Assembly (NCBI GenBank): GCA_947628505.1
Contig: CANRAD010000008.1
Location: 757-64,756 of the forward strand
Direction of reading: 5' to 3'
Length of the DNA: 64,000 nucleotides
Source of the DNA: an uncultured Clostridia bacterium
GTDB taxonomy: Bacteria; Bacillota; Clostridia; Christensenellales; Borkfalkiaceae
Shown: piece after piece, positions 1 to 9,555 of the stretch
Numbering within the stretch: the stretch's first letter is position 1
Layout: each line of letters begins with the position of its first letter
Translations under genes and position numbers: made by a program
Notes under the pieces: generated by a model
What the model saw: only the letters and a program-made list of their open reading frames with translations
The model's database searches: none
What the model was told of the DNA's origin: nothing

Positions 1-2
1 GA

Positions 3-740
3 TATGAGGCTTTTATTGCCGAAAACAGTTTATGTCTTCAATCGCTAAAAAAAATCAATTCGGATTTTACTTTTTCCCCTGATATAAACTATGATCAATC
101 TTACACTTACGACAATGAAAATTTTTACGAGACCATAAGTTGCAAAGATTTTTTAATTTACCAATTACAATTTCAAGCCGGGGAAATATGTTCACAAATA
201 AAAAAAATCAGCCGCAATAAAACCGAATACCAAAGATATATCGATCAAATAAACAAATTACAACTCGGAAATTTTTCCGCTCCTATAGGAAAACTGAAAC
301 ATGATAAGTTACTGAAAACCGAAAAACGGCTTTGTCGGAGAGCAACGCTTCAAACACCTACCACGCAATTTATTCTCACGGTAAAGCTGTATTGTTCTAA
401 AATAAACGGAGAAATATATGCGCACAAGTCGGAAACTTTTTCCTCCGAAATAATTTTAGCTTTAGTGAAACGTTTGAAAAATAAAATTGGAAATTACTAT
501 CGAGACCGCGAAATATGGGACGCAATTTGTCGTGTTGAGCGGGGAAAAGTATCAAACAGAATGAGATTTTCGATATATGCCCGTGATGGATACCGATGCC
601 GGCACTGCGGCATCTCCCAGCGTTACGCCGCGCTTGAAATCGACCACATTATTCCAATCACAAAGGGCGGAAAAAGCACATATGATAATTTGCAGACGCT
701 CTGTCATAAATGCAACGTAGAAAAAGGAGACAGATTTTAA
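3..740 (+). CDS. HNH endonuclease-domain protein, 5' end cut by window edge
   Basis: Frame is open from nt 3, with no in-frame start before the GTG at 465. C-terminus has the HNH motif CRHCG...LEIDHIIPITKGGKSTYDNLQTLCHKCNVEKG. TAA stop is followed by a strong terminator. The N-terminal ~150 aa are unassigned and AT-rich. Confidence 0.75.
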   Translation, partial: YEAFIAENSLCLQSLKKINSDFTFSPDINYDQSYTYDNENFYETISCKDFLIYQLQFQAGEICSQIKKISRNKTEYQRYIDQINKLQLGNFSAPIGKLKHDKLLKTEKRLCRRATLQTPTTQFILTVKLYCSKINGEIYAHKSETFSSEIILALVKRLKNKIGNYYRDREIWDAICRVERGKVSNRMRFSIYARDGYRCRHCGISQRYAALEIDHIIPITKGGKSTYDNLQTLCHKCNVEKGDRF

Positions 741-773
741 AGCGGAAACTGTTCGTTTTACGTTATTACCGTA

Positions 774-823
774 ACACAGCAACAGGCACTGACAAAAAGT
801 CAGTGCCTGTTGCTGTGTTTTAA
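774..823 (+). terminator. Rho-independent terminator
   Basis: Perfect 20-bp stem acacagcaacaggcactgac / gtcagtgcctgttgctgtgt (774-793, 799-818), loop aaaaa, followed by tttta. Confidence 0.85.
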
Positions 824-945
824 TGGCGATAAAATGAACGCCGCGCAGCTCGTCCGAGGAACCGAACGAGAAGACTTTAATTTTCAAGCTACCGCTCCTC
901 TTCGGCGACGACGCCGTTGACAGAAAGCTGTTTTTTATGATATGA

Positions 946-1806
946 TTGAAAACGTTAAAAATTATTAAGAGCGAGATTTTTTATAGATTGAAAGACGTAA
1001 TAAGGAAGATAGGCAAATCAATGCGCGACAGTCTCTTCCCCTTATCGTACACTTGCGACCTTTGCGGGATAGAAACTTTCGACGGAAATCTCTGTCCGAA
1101 CTGCCATAAGACAATAACGTTCAACGACAAACTCACCTGCCCGGTCTGCGGCAGACGGGTAAACTCTGCCGGCGTTTGCGCGGAATGTAAACATCTTCTT
1201 CCGCAATACAAAAAAGCCGTTTCGCCCATTGTTTACAAAGACGGCGGCGCGGCGCTTATAACAAAATTCAAACGCGGCGGGGCGTATCTTTGCGAATACT
1301 TTTCTTCTCTTATTGCCGATAAACTCGTCGGATTCCCCAAAATCGACTGTATCGTCTATGTTCCGATGACCGAAAAAGCGCTCAGAAAGCGCGGCTATAA
1401 TCAAACGGCTCTGCTTGCGGAAAAACTTTCGGAAAAAATAAAAACTCCCGTCGTAAAAGACGGGGTTATCAAAATCAAAGAGACTTCGGAGCAGATAGGC
1501 CTCTCAATGAAAGAGCGTAAAGAAAACTTGAAAAGTTGTTTCAGAGTTTCGCAACCTTCGCTTATCAAAGGCAAGAGCGTTCTTGTGGTGGACGACGTTA
1601 TGACTACCGGCGCCACGCTAAACGAAATCTGTTCGAAGTTGAAAAAAGCGCAAGCGCGGGCGGTGTACGCCGCGACGGTGGCCTCGGTGGAATTCAAATC
1701 TCCGTTATCCGCAAATCATTTTTCTTCCGACGGAACGGACGGAAAATCAACCCAGAAAGTGCTTCCGTTGCCTACGGAACTTTCCACGCCGAAATCAAAC
1801 GAATGA
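946..1806 (+). CDS. comFC: ComF family protein (phosphoribosyltransferase-type competence protein ComFC)
   Basis: N-terminal Cys pairs (CDLCG, CPNC, CPVCG, CAEC) and PRTase motif VLVVDDVMTTGATL. The TTG at 946 is the first start; ATG at 1021 is an alternative. The 3' tail runs antisense into the kinase gene. Confidence 0.8.
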   Translation: MKTLKIIKSEIFYRLKDVIRKIGKSMRDSLFPLSYTCDLCGIETFDGNLCPNCHKTITFNDKLTCPVCGRRVNSAGVCAECKHLLPQYKKAVSPIVYKDGGAALITKFKRGGAYLCEYFSSLIADKLVGFPKIDCIVYVPMTEKALRKRGYNQTALLAEKLSEKIKTPVVKDGVIKIKETSEQIGLSMKERKENLKSCFRVSQPSLIKGKSVLVVDDVMTTGATLNEICSKLKKAQARAVYAATVASVEFKSPLSANHFSSDGTDGKSTQKVLPLPTELSTPKSNE

Positions 1807-3137
1807 TTTTTTAAAATAACTTTAACGATATTCAATCCGAGCCCCGTTCCCTTTACCGGGCGGTTGTGCGTTTCTCCCACTCTGTAATATCTGTCCCATA
1901 TATTCGGCATATCCTCTTCGGATATGCCGTTTCCCGTATCTTTAACGGAAAACTTTATGCGCGTGCCGTCCATGCTCTGTTTGAGACTTATAAACACGGT
2001 CTTGTCTTCGCCTGTATATCCCACGGCGTTCGAAAGCAGATTGTAAAATACCTGACCTATCTTCTCCTCGTCGGCGCATGTGTACAGATTTGCGTCTATA
2101 TCAGTCATGAAAGTATATCCGTATCTCTCCTGCAAATATCCGAATTTATTTATGATGCCGTAAAGAAAATCGGTAATATTGAATACTTTGACATTCAATT
2201 TGCCGAGATTGGAATTTACCTTGGAAACGGACAGCACGTCGTTGACGAGTCCCGTAAGCCTGTCCGCCTCGTCAATTATTACTTGAAGATGGCGATTTCG
2301 TTTTTCGGGATCGTCGCCGGAAATTTCCTGAATCATCGAAGCATATGCTTTTATCATGGTAAGCGGCGTTTTCAAATCGTGCGTAACGTTTGCGAGTATT
2401 TCACGCTGAAAATCGCCGCTCTTTTTCACTTCGTCTTTCACCTGGTTCAAATTATCGGAGAGCTTGGCGAGTTCAACGTAATCGACGTTATGGAAATGAA
2501 CGGAATAATCGCCCTCCGAAAGTTTTTCCGCGGAATCTATCATATCTTTGAGCCCGCGCGTCAACCTTAAAGAAAAGCCGTATGCGACGACAAAAGCAAA
2601 AATCAGAACGCCGACGCTGACCGATATGAGATATATCTGCATATAGCCCACAGTACGGCTTATTATATCGAGCGAATAACTCAACAAGACAAAATTCTCG
2701 GCGCCGTTCAATTCGACTTTAACGGCATAATTAACCCTGCCGCCCGAGCGATAAGTTATATATCTTTTCAGAGATTGCCCCGATAACTTATCTTTGAGCT
2801 CCGATATCCTTTCGTCGGACAAACCGCTCTCGTCGGACGGAATGACGACGAGACCGTCTTGGTTCACGACGTAAACGGTTATGCCCTCGCTCATATAGCG
2901 CGATAATCTGTCTTCGAGGTGCGCGTCGGAGCGCGATATCTCGTCCTGTACCTCTCCTCCGACGCTTATGATCCTGTCGCGCGCCTGATTTTCCAGCGTG
3001 GACGAAACGAGAATACAGAATACCGCGTCGATGAGGATTATAAGCAACACTCCGAGCAGACAAAAATAAGCCCACATTACGGTGTTGACTTTTTTGAGTT
3101 TACGCGGGCGAACGCCCGCCTTCTTTTCAGACTTCAA
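1716..3137 (-). CDS. Sensor histidine kinase (TM-HAMP-HisKA-HATPase_c)
   Basis: H-box ANVTHDLKTPLT, N-box NLLSNAVGYT, G-boxes DTGNGI and GTGLGL, two TM segments. Overlaps the upstream response-regulator gene by 11 nt. Confidence 0.9.
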   Translation of the reverse strand: MKSEKKAGVRPRKLKKVNTVMWAYFCLLGVLLIILIDAVFCILVSSTLENQARDRIISVGGEVQDEISRSDAHLEDRLSRYMSEGITVYVVNQDGLVVIPSDESGLSDERISELKDKLSGQSLKRYITYRSGGRVNYAVKVELNGAENFVLLSYSLDIISRTVGYMQIYLISVSVGVLIFAFVVAYGFSLRLTRGLKDMIDSAEKLSEGDYSVHFHNVDYVELAKLSDNLNQVKDEVKKSGDFQREILANVTHDLKTPLTMIKAYASMIQEISGDDPEKRNRHLQVIIDEADRLTGLVNDVLSVSKVNSNLGKLNVKVFNITDFLYGIINKFGYLQERYGYTFMTDIDANLYTCADEEKIGQVFYNLLSNAVGYTGEDKTVFISLKQSMDGTRIKFSVKDTGNGISEEDMPNIWDRYYRVGETHNRPVKGTGLGLNIVKVILKNHSFDFGVESSVGNGSTFWVDFPSVPSEEK

Positions 3138-3801
3138 ACTTATACCCTAATCCGCGAAGCGTTACTATGAATTTTCTGTATTGCTTTAAATTCGAGCGCA
3201 ACATTTTTATGTGCGTATCCACCGTTCTGTCGTCGCCGTAAAAATCGAAGCCCCACACGTCCATAAGCAATTTTTCGCGCGTTAACGCTATGCCCTTGTT
3301 TTTTATAAGGTAAAACAAAATCTCGTATTCCTTGGGAGTGAGCTCGGCCTTTTCGCCGTCGACGTAAACGTTGCGCCCCGCCATGTCGACCGTCAGTCCC
3401 TCAAAAGTAATGACGTCGTTGGTCGGTTCCTCTTTGTATCTTTTCAAAACGGCGTGCACGCGGGCCATAACCTCTTTCGGGGAAAACGGCTTTGTTACAT
3501 AGTCGTCCGCTCCTATTTCGAAGCCGAAAAGTTTATCGTACTCCTCTCCGCGGGCGGACAACATTATTACGGGAATGTTCTTGAACTTCTTGATTTCCTT
3601 GACGGCGGAAAACCCGTCAAGGCGAGGCAACATAACGTCCATAAGGATTATATCGAAATCGCTTTCCCTACACATTTTTACCGCCTGCATGCCGTCGGAA
3701 GCGCCGTATGCCTCGCCGCCCTCGAATTCCACATACTCTTTGAGCACGTTGCGTATCATTTCTTCATCGTCAACAATAAGTACTTTCATAACTGCCTCCA
3801 A
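3127..3801 (-). CDS. OmpR-family response regulator
   Basis: Receiver domain (VLIVDDE, ILMDVMLP, K in TKPF) plus winged-helix C-terminus (LTPKEYEIL...RGLGYKF). Confidence 0.92.
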   Translation of the reverse strand: MEAVMKVLIVDDEEMIRNVLKEYVEFEGGEAYGASDGMQAVKMCRESDFDIILMDVMLPRLDGFSAVKEIKKFKNIPVIMLSARGEEYDKLFGFEIGADDYVTKPFSPKEVMARVHAVLKRYKEEPTNDVITFEGLTVDMAGRNVYVDGEKAELTPKEYEILFYLIKNKGIALTREKLLMDVWGFDFYGDDRTVDTHIKMLRSNLKQYRKFIVTLRGLGYKFEV

Positions 3802-3985
3802 ATAATCAATACCCTCAAATACACGTCCGAAAACCGAACAGCCGATGAAATTCCTGTGAATATTCGTATTTGAATTCTATCACAAAAAGAGAGGTTAGTC
3901 AAATTTTAAATTTCAAGGGGCAAACGCGGGCAACCGCATTTGAAATTCGTCTCCGGAAATTTTTTCGGATTATTGCTCCAAACGG

Positions 3986-4014
3986 TTGACAACGCTTATT
4001 CGCGATGCTATAAT
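3986..4014 (+). promoter_or_regulatory. Consensus sigma-A promoter
   Basis: TTGACA (3986-3991), exact 17-nt spacer, TATAAT (4009-4014), about 130 nt upstream of the radical SAM gene. Confidence 0.7.
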
Positions 4015-4021
4015 ACTGATA

Positions 4022-4035
4022 TAAACAAATGTTTA
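4022..4035. promoter_or_regulatory. Possible LexA (Cheo-box-like) operator
   Basis: Palindrome TAAAC-AAAT-GTTTA starts 8 nt after the -10. It matches GAAC-N4-GTTC with one transition per half-site. Confidence 0.3.
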
Positions 4036-4147
4036 AATACGCTTTTTCGGGTACTTTTACGGCGTATTTAGCAAAAAACGGGTTATTTCCGCCGGGCGTG
4101 CTCTCCTTTCCCCGGCGGAAGTTACGTTATAAGCAGAAGGTCGGTCT

Positions 4148-5398
4148 ATGGTTGACGAGAACAAACTGAAAATTTTAACCGAGGCGGCAAAATACGACGT
4201 AAGCTGTTCCTCTTCCGGTTCGCGCAGAAAAAACGAAGGCGGGCTCGGCAACGCGTATTCCGGGGGAATTTGCCATTCGTTCACGCCCGACGGGCGGTGC
4301 ATTTCGCTCTTGAAAATACTTATGAGCAACGAATGTCTTTACGAATGTGAATACTGCCCGAACAGACGTTCCGCGAATACGCCGCGCGCCAAGCTCACGC
4401 CGGACGAAATATGCGAGTTGACCATAAGTTTTTACAAGCGGAATTACATTGAAGGGCTATTTCTGTCTTCGGCGGTTTGCGATTCGCCGAACAGAACAAT
4501 GGAGTTGCTCGTCGAAACGGTTACAAAGCTCAGAAGGGATTATAATTTTCACGGTTATATACATTTGAAAGGTATTCCTCATGCCGACGAAGAAATAGTT
4601 ATGAAAGCCGCGAAAATCGTGGACAGAATGAGCTACAACATAGAGTTGCCGAGCGAAAAATCGCTTAAATTGCTTGCGCCGCAGAAGACTAAGCAAAGCC
4701 TTATCGAACCTATGAAGAGTTTGAAAAACGCCATTGAATACGAAAGGTCCGAAAAATCGTCAAGGAGAATTTTGCCCGCCGGACAAACCACGCAGATGAT
4801 TATAGGCGCATCGCCCGAAAGCGACGGACAAATTCTGAAACTTACTCAGGCGCTTTACAGAAACATGAATCTGAAAAGAGTGTACTATTCATCCTATATT
4901 CCCGTCGTAAAATCGGAAAAACTGCCATCCGTCGGCGCGGGGCTGCTGCGCGAACACAGACTTTATCAGGCCGATTGGCTGATAAGGTTTTACGGATTCG
5001 ACGTCGAAGAGATATGCGACGAAAGCGAAAACCTTTCGCCCGACTACGATCCGAAATGCGCATGGGCGCTCAGAAATATGCAGCTTTTTCCCGTTGAGAT
5101 AAACAAAGCGCCGCTCGCAGTTCTTTTGCGCGTGCCCGGGATAGGAGCGAAAAGCGCATACAAGATATGCGAAGCGAGAAAATATTCCGAGCTCTCATTC
5201 GACGATCTTTCAAGGATGCGCGTCGTGTTGAAAAGAGCGAGACATTTTATAACGTGCAAAGGCAAATTTTACGGTTCGGATAACGCAATACAAATCAAAA
5301 GAGCGCTTTTGTTGGAAGGCATAAACGAGAAAGCCGAACAGCTCAGTATGTTTTCGGATCGCGCAACCGCCATTTCGGCGCTTACCGGTGAAATATGA
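4148..5398 (+). CDS. Putative DNA modification/repair radical SAM protein (TIGR03916-like)
   Basis: Radical SAM cluster motif CLYECEYCPN, C-terminal helix-hairpin-helix LRVPGIGAKSAYKI, and a 4-nt overlap with its usual partner gene. Confidence 0.8.
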   Translation: MVDENKLKILTEAAKYDVSCSSSGSRRKNEGGLGNAYSGGICHSFTPDGRCISLLKILMSNECLYECEYCPNRRSANTPRAKLTPDEICELTISFYKRNYIEGLFLSSAVCDSPNRTMELLVETVTKLRRDYNFHGYIHLKGIPHADEEIVMKAAKIVDRMSYNIELPSEKSLKLLAPQKTKQSLIEPMKSLKNAIEYERSEKSSRRILPAGQTTQMIIGASPESDGQILKLTQALYRNMNLKRVYYSSYIPVVKSEKLPSVGAGLLREHRLYQADWLIRFYGFDVEEICDESENLSPDYDPKCAWALRNMQLFPVEINKAPLAVLLRVPGIGAKSAYKICEARKYSELSFDDLSRMRVVLKRARHFITCKGKFYGSDNAIQIKRALLLEGINEKAEQLSMFSDRATAISALTGEI

Positions 5399-6126
5399 AG
5401 ATTTTTATTACGGACGGAAGTTGCGACGGCTTTTTTACCGCCGTATTCGACGCTTACAGACTGCCCGACGCGGCGATAACTTCCGACAATCGGATACAGC
5501 TCTCTTTCGACTGCGAGGTTGAACGCGTAAACGCCGACGGGGCAAAAAGCGAACGCGTCAAGCGCGGATTATCGAAATACGACCGCTCCGCAGTTGCCGA
5601 TATATTGCTCGTTCTTAGAAGCGGAAACGGCGATAAAGAGCAAATCGCTTTCGAATACGTTAAAACAATCTTCGACAAAAAAACCTGCGTGAAAAAAGCG
5701 TTCAATATTCCCTCTGTGGAAATTTTCCGCGAAACACGCGACAAGGTAACTCTCGAAGCGCATAGAATGAAGGGCTTTCTGAGATTTACGGAATGTGCCG
5801 ACGGAATGCTCTACGCCCCCTATTCTCCCGACAACGACATAACGGATATGCTCATGCCGCACTTTGCCGCAAGATTGAAAAATCAGATTTTCGTCATACA
5901 CGACGTAAAAAGAAAAACGGCCGGAATATACAACCGGCAAAGATGGATTATCGGGCGCGTCGGAGAGGCGAAAATTTATATCTCCGAACAAGAAAAGACT
6001 TTTTCCGAACTATGGAAAAAATACTATGACTCGGTAAACATAGGCGAACGCCCGCACGAAAAACAGATGCGCGGATATATGCCGGCGAGATATTGGAAAT
6101 TTTTGCCCGAAAAAAAGGACGGATAA
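5395..6126 (+). CDS. Probable DNA metabolism protein partnered with the radical SAM gene (TIGR03915/DUF4130-like)
   Basis: ATGA overlap with the radical SAM gene. Size and the ending ERPHEKQMRGYMPARYWKFLPE are as I recall for this family. Confidence 0.65.
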   Translation: MKIFITDGSCDGFFTAVFDAYRLPDAAITSDNRIQLSFDCEVERVNADGAKSERVKRGLSKYDRSAVADILLVLRSGNGDKEQIAFEYVKTIFDKKTCVKKAFNIPSVEIFRETRDKVTLEAHRMKGFLRFTECADGMLYAPYSPDNDITDMLMPHFAARLKNQIFVIHDVKRKTAGIYNRQRWIIGRVGEAKIYISEQEKTFSELWKKYYDSVNIGERPHEKQMRGYMPARYWKFLPEKKDG

Positions 6127-6128
6127 AA

Positions 6129-6164
6129 AATTGCGGCGGGATTTTTCCCCGCCGCAATTTTTAT
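6129..6164. terminator. Bidirectional terminator between convergent genes
   Basis: Stem ttgcggcggg / cccgccgcaa (6131-6140, 6148-6157), flanked by an A-run upstream and a T-run downstream. Confidence 0.8.
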
Positions 6165-6171
6165 TGTCGTT

Positions 6172-8133
6172 TTATTTTATAAAACCGAATTGATAATATC
6201 CCTCGGTTTTGTTGAATGTACCCGTGCCGGAATAGTTATTCACATAGACAAAATCGGAAAATCCTTCGAGGAACAGCGTATGCGCGCCCTTATCCAATGT
6301 AACTGTTATATATCCCTCTCCGTCGGTTGTGAGCTGTATTGCCTCGCCGCCGTCGATAAATAAGTTTACCGAGCGGTTTGCCACGGGGCTTCCGCCTTCG
6401 CCAACCGAAAGCCTTACCTCGTAAGTTTGCGGCGATTTGTCGTTTGCAATTTTTATGCGGTCGTAATCGCAATTATATTCGAGTACGCCGCCGTTCTGTT
6501 GACTTACGAACAAGATATAATCCTCCACTATTATATCCTCGCCGCCGAGTTCGCCGAGCTTCTCGCCCTGCGCAAACGAGGCGGAGACATAATTGTTCGT
6601 GGCGAGAAGCAACTTGTTTTCGGTATCCGCTCTGTCTAAAACGTCGCCGTTATCGAGTTTCACCTCGGTTACCCGACTGCCGTCGCCGCCCGCCGGATCG
6701 TATATGTAAGAGAAGCCGCTGCACTGAATAAAGCTGCCGCTGACTCTGTTTATTATAAGTCTGCCCGTCGTCTCGTCTTGCCCCGTGGTTGCAAGTCCTT
6801 TTTCTATTGCCGCATAGAGCTCCGAGGGCGAAACCTTTAAGACTTCCACCATGTTGCCGTGATTGAAAGCGTTCAATACGTCTCCTCGCGTAACCTTTGT
6901 TCCGTTATAATGCCAAGTGGGCAAACTCTGCGAAATGCCGCCTCCGTTTTCCACGGCTATTACGGGAAAATCGAGTTCTTCGTTTGCCGCGAACTGCCCG
7001 GCATAATATTTAAATGCGTCCGTAACGAAGTCGCCGTAAGCCGTTTCCACTGCTCGCGATTCAACATAATCATAACAGATATAGCCTCCCCAAAGAGGCG
7101 ATTTCAATTCGCATAGCTGCTCGTTCAGAACTTCATTCTGACGTTCGGTTATTGCGCTTACAACCGCAGAAACCTCTTCGCCCTTTGCTTCGCCTTCTTC
7201 TGTAATTGTGTAATTTGCGGTCTCCGTATAGTTCAATACGTCGCCATGCGCTTCGAAGTTTACTCCCTCGCCGCTCTCGTTGAAATTTATCGTTATTTTC
7301 CCGAGATTTGCAAAATTTACTCCCGTTTGCACTACGGGAACGCCGTCCACCGACGTTTTTTCAACCGTATGGCTGTGGCCGTCTATTACGGCGGCAATTT
7401 TGCTCTTTTCATCGTCGGATAAGGATTTTATGAGTTTCTCGCTCGTACACGAAACCGCGGCAGAATTGTCTCCCATATGGCACACGAGCACTATTGCGTC
7501 GGCATCGTCTTTAATCGCCGCCATTTCGGATTTTGCGGCGGTAATTTCATCCTCGAACGTAATTCCTTGAAGCAACGTTGGATTTGTCGACGTGGCCGTT
7601 GATACGGTAGTCAAGCCTATAAAACCTATTTTGTAGTCCGCTCTTTCTATCACGACAGAACTTTGAAGAAAAGGCAAGCCGTCTTTTTTTACGTTTGCGG
7701 CAAGTATCGGGAAATCGGCTCTGTCCGCATTGTCGCCAAGCACGTCGGCGCCATAGTCGAACTCATGGTTACCTGCCGCCATAAGGTCGTAACCCGCCGC
7801 GTTCATTGCGGATATAACGTCGGCTCCGCGCGAAATCGACGCAAAAGAAGCGCCCTGAGTTGCGTCTCCCGCGTCCACGAGAACGGAATCGGGAGTTGAA
7901 GCCTTTATTTCGGCGGCCCGCACTATTCCGATAACTTTTTCGCCGTCGTCAATAAGCGAACCGTGCATATCGTTGGTTGTAAATATCGTTATCTCGGCGT
8001 TTTCTCGCGGCGTGAACGGCGCTTCCCGCTCCGCGGCGCACGCGCATACGCAAATTCCGAAAGTAAAAATTGACGCAAGCGCCGACGAGATGGCGCAAAC
8101 TATTGATTTTTTCATTTTCATTCCTTGTAACAT
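6172..8133 (-). CDS. Secreted bifunctional metallophosphatase/5'-nucleotidase
   Basis: Signal peptide and Cys (FGICVCACAA). Metallophosphoesterase motifs TNDMHGS, GDATQG, GNHEFDYG. 5'-nucleotidase C-domain and an extra C-terminal domain. The likely true start is the AAGGAA-preceded ATG at 8115. Confidence 0.88.
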   Translation of the reverse strand: MLQGMKMKKSIVCAISSALASIFTFGICVCACAAEREAPFTPRENAEITIFTTNDMHGSLIDDGEKVIGIVRAAEIKASTPDSVLVDAGDATQGASFASISRGADVISAMNAAGYDLMAAGNHEFDYGADVLGDNADRADFPILAANVKKDGLPFLQSSVVIERADYKIGFIGLTTVSTATSTNPTLLQGITFEDEITAAKSEMAAIKDDADAIVLVCHMGDNSAAVSCTSEKLIKSLSDDEKSKIAAVIDGHSHTVEKTSVDGVPVVQTGVNFANLGKITINFNESGEGVNFEAHGDVLNYTETANYTITEEGEAKGEEVSAVVSAITERQNEVLNEQLCELKSPLWGGYICYDYVESRAVETAYGDFVTDAFKYYAGQFAANEELDFPVIAVENGGGISQSLPTWHYNGTKVTRGDVLNAFNHGNMVEVLKVSPSELYAAIEKGLATTGQDETTGRLIINRVSGSFIQCSGFSYIYDPAGGDGSRVTEVKLDNGDVLDRADTENKLLLATNNYVSASFAQGEKLGELGGEDIIVEDYILFVSQQNGGVLEYNCDYDRIKIANDKSPQTYEVRLSVGEGGSPVANRSVNLFIDGGEAIQLTTDGEGYITVTLDKGAHTLFLEGFSDFVYVNNYSGTGTFNKTEGYYQFGFIK

Positions 8134-8212
8134 ACGTTTACCGAACTTAATTTTAGCACTTTTATGGGCTTATCTCAAATAAATTCAACAATATTATCAC
8201 TAATATTTAAAA

Positions 8213-8242
8213 TCTCCGCGGGCATTTGCTTGCCTGCGGAGA
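8213..8242 (-). terminator. Terminator downstream of mrp-like gene
   Basis: Stem tctccgcgggca / tgcctgcggaga; on the minus strand it is followed by ttttaaat. Confidence 0.6.
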
Positions 8243-8256
8243 TAATCCGGTTATTT

Positions 8257-9081
8257 TCAAAGTTGCTTGACTATTTTCGCCAAAAAATCCGATAACACTT
8301 CGTGCTTATTTCCCAATTCGCCGGAATCGGCGGCTCTTGTGAGCTCGGGATCAATAGGCAGCTTCGCCACGGCGGGGATACCGTATTCAAGCGCAAGGGC
8401 GTCGACTCCGCTTTCGCCGAAAACGGGAATCTTTCTGCCGCAATCGGGACATGTTATATAGCTCATATTCTCAACTATCCCGAGAATGGGAACGTTCATC
8501 ATCTGCGCCATATTCACGGCTTTCTGAACAATCATGCCGACGAGATCCTGCGGCGTGGTTACGATTATGATACCGTCGAGAGGAATACTCTGAAAAACGG
8601 TCAAGGGAACGTCTCCCGTGCCGGGCGGCATATCGATAAACATAATATCCACGCCCGTCCATATAACGTCCGTCCAGAATTGGAGAACCGTTCCGGAAAT
8701 CAACGAACCGCGCCAAACCACGGGTTCGGATTCGTTTTCGAGAAGAACGTTCATGGAAATCAACTGTATTCCGCTCTGCGTTACAACCGGCAATATTCCG
8801 TTTTCGCTACCCATTGCACGTTCTTTCACGCCGAACATGCGCGGAATCGAAGGCCCGGTAACGTCGGCATCCATGATTGCGGTAACCAAGCCTTGCTCCT
8901 GCGCGGCCGCCGCAAGCAACGAGCACGTCATTGATTTTCCCACTCCGCCTTTGCCGCTGACTACCGCCACTACCTTTTTTATATCGCTCAACTCATGAGG
9001 CTTTTTCAAAAGACTTTCCGACGACCTCGAAGAGCATGTCTCTCCGCACGTCGAACAGTTATGAGTGCAATCCTTAGCCAT
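8257..9081 (-). CDS. Mrp/NBP35 family ATP-binding Fe-S cluster carrier
   Basis: Deviant Walker A SGKGGVGKS, N-terminal Cys-rich CTHNCSTCGETC, and CPDCG motif. Confidence 0.88.
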   Translation of the reverse strand: MAKDCTHNCSTCGETCSSRSSESLLKKPHELSDIKKVVAVVSGKGGVGKSMTCSLLAAAAQEQGLVTAIMDADVTGPSIPRMFGVKERAMGSENGILPVVTQSGIQLISMNVLLENESEPVVWRGSLISGTVLQFWTDVIWTGVDIMFIDMPPGTGDVPLTVFQSIPLDGIIIVTTPQDLVGMIVQKAVNMAQMMNVPILGIVENMSYITCPDCGRKIPVFGESGVDALALEYGIPAVAKLPIDPELTRAADSGELGNKHEVLSDFLAKIVKQL

Positions 9082-9157
9082 ATCTTCTTCCTTTTACGAA
9101 TATCAGTCTTCATTTTATAGATTAAGCAAAAAAAAGTCAAGCTATTAATCTTTTTAG

Positions 9158-9186
9158 TTGCAAATTAAAAAATTTTCTGTTACAAT
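9158..9186 (+). promoter_or_regulatory. Promoter of SRP RNA
   Basis: TTGCAA (9158-9163), 17-nt spacer, TACAAT (9181-9186). Confidence 0.6.
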
Positions 9187-9190
9187 GATT

Positions 9191-9459
9191 GCACTGTGCT
9201 AAGTGGGGAGTTTGCGGTGCCCTGTACCTGCAATCCGCAATAGCAGGACTGAATGTCTTTCCCGACGGAACAAGTGGAAGGCTGCGCCTTACAAGGGGTG
9301 TTGATAGCAAGGTCTTATGCAACTTCGGGCTGCGAACCGTGTCAGGATAGGGATATAGCAGCACTAAACAGTTTACGGGGTGTGCCATAAGGAAGCTTTG
9401 GAGGAGCTACCTATAAGGTTTCCGCTTCGGTTTGTTCCGGCAAAAAAGACTGCACAGCT
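9191..9459 (+). ncRNA. ffs: Signal recognition particle RNA, long Bacillus/Clostridium type with Alu domain
   Basis: GTGCTAAGTGGGGAG..GCGGTGCCCTGTACCTGCAATCCGC..TAGCAGG closely matches the B. subtilis scRNA 5' Alu domain. A domain IV-like GTGTCAGGATAGGGATATAGCAGCACTAA is present. The 3' GCACAG pairs with the 5' CTGTGC. Ends are approximate. Confidence 0.82.
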
Positions 9460-9472
9460 TTTATGATTTTAA

Positions 9473-9497
9473 GGCCGGGCGCGTTAAGCGCCCGGCC
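9473..9497. terminator. Hairpin terminator between ffs and uppP
   Basis: 10-bp GC-rich stem ggccgggcgc / gcgcccggcc with a 5-nt loop. Confidence 0.65.
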
Positions 9498-9555
9498 ATT
9501 AACTTTATTATAAATGTTTTCAGACGAATAATGTTTTTCCGTTTTTAAACTGCTT

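Noticed and set aside
9137-9388. 83-aa minus-strand ORF
   Set aside because: It lies entirely inside the SRP RNA gene on the opposite strand. It has no RBS, and the RNA homology explains the region.
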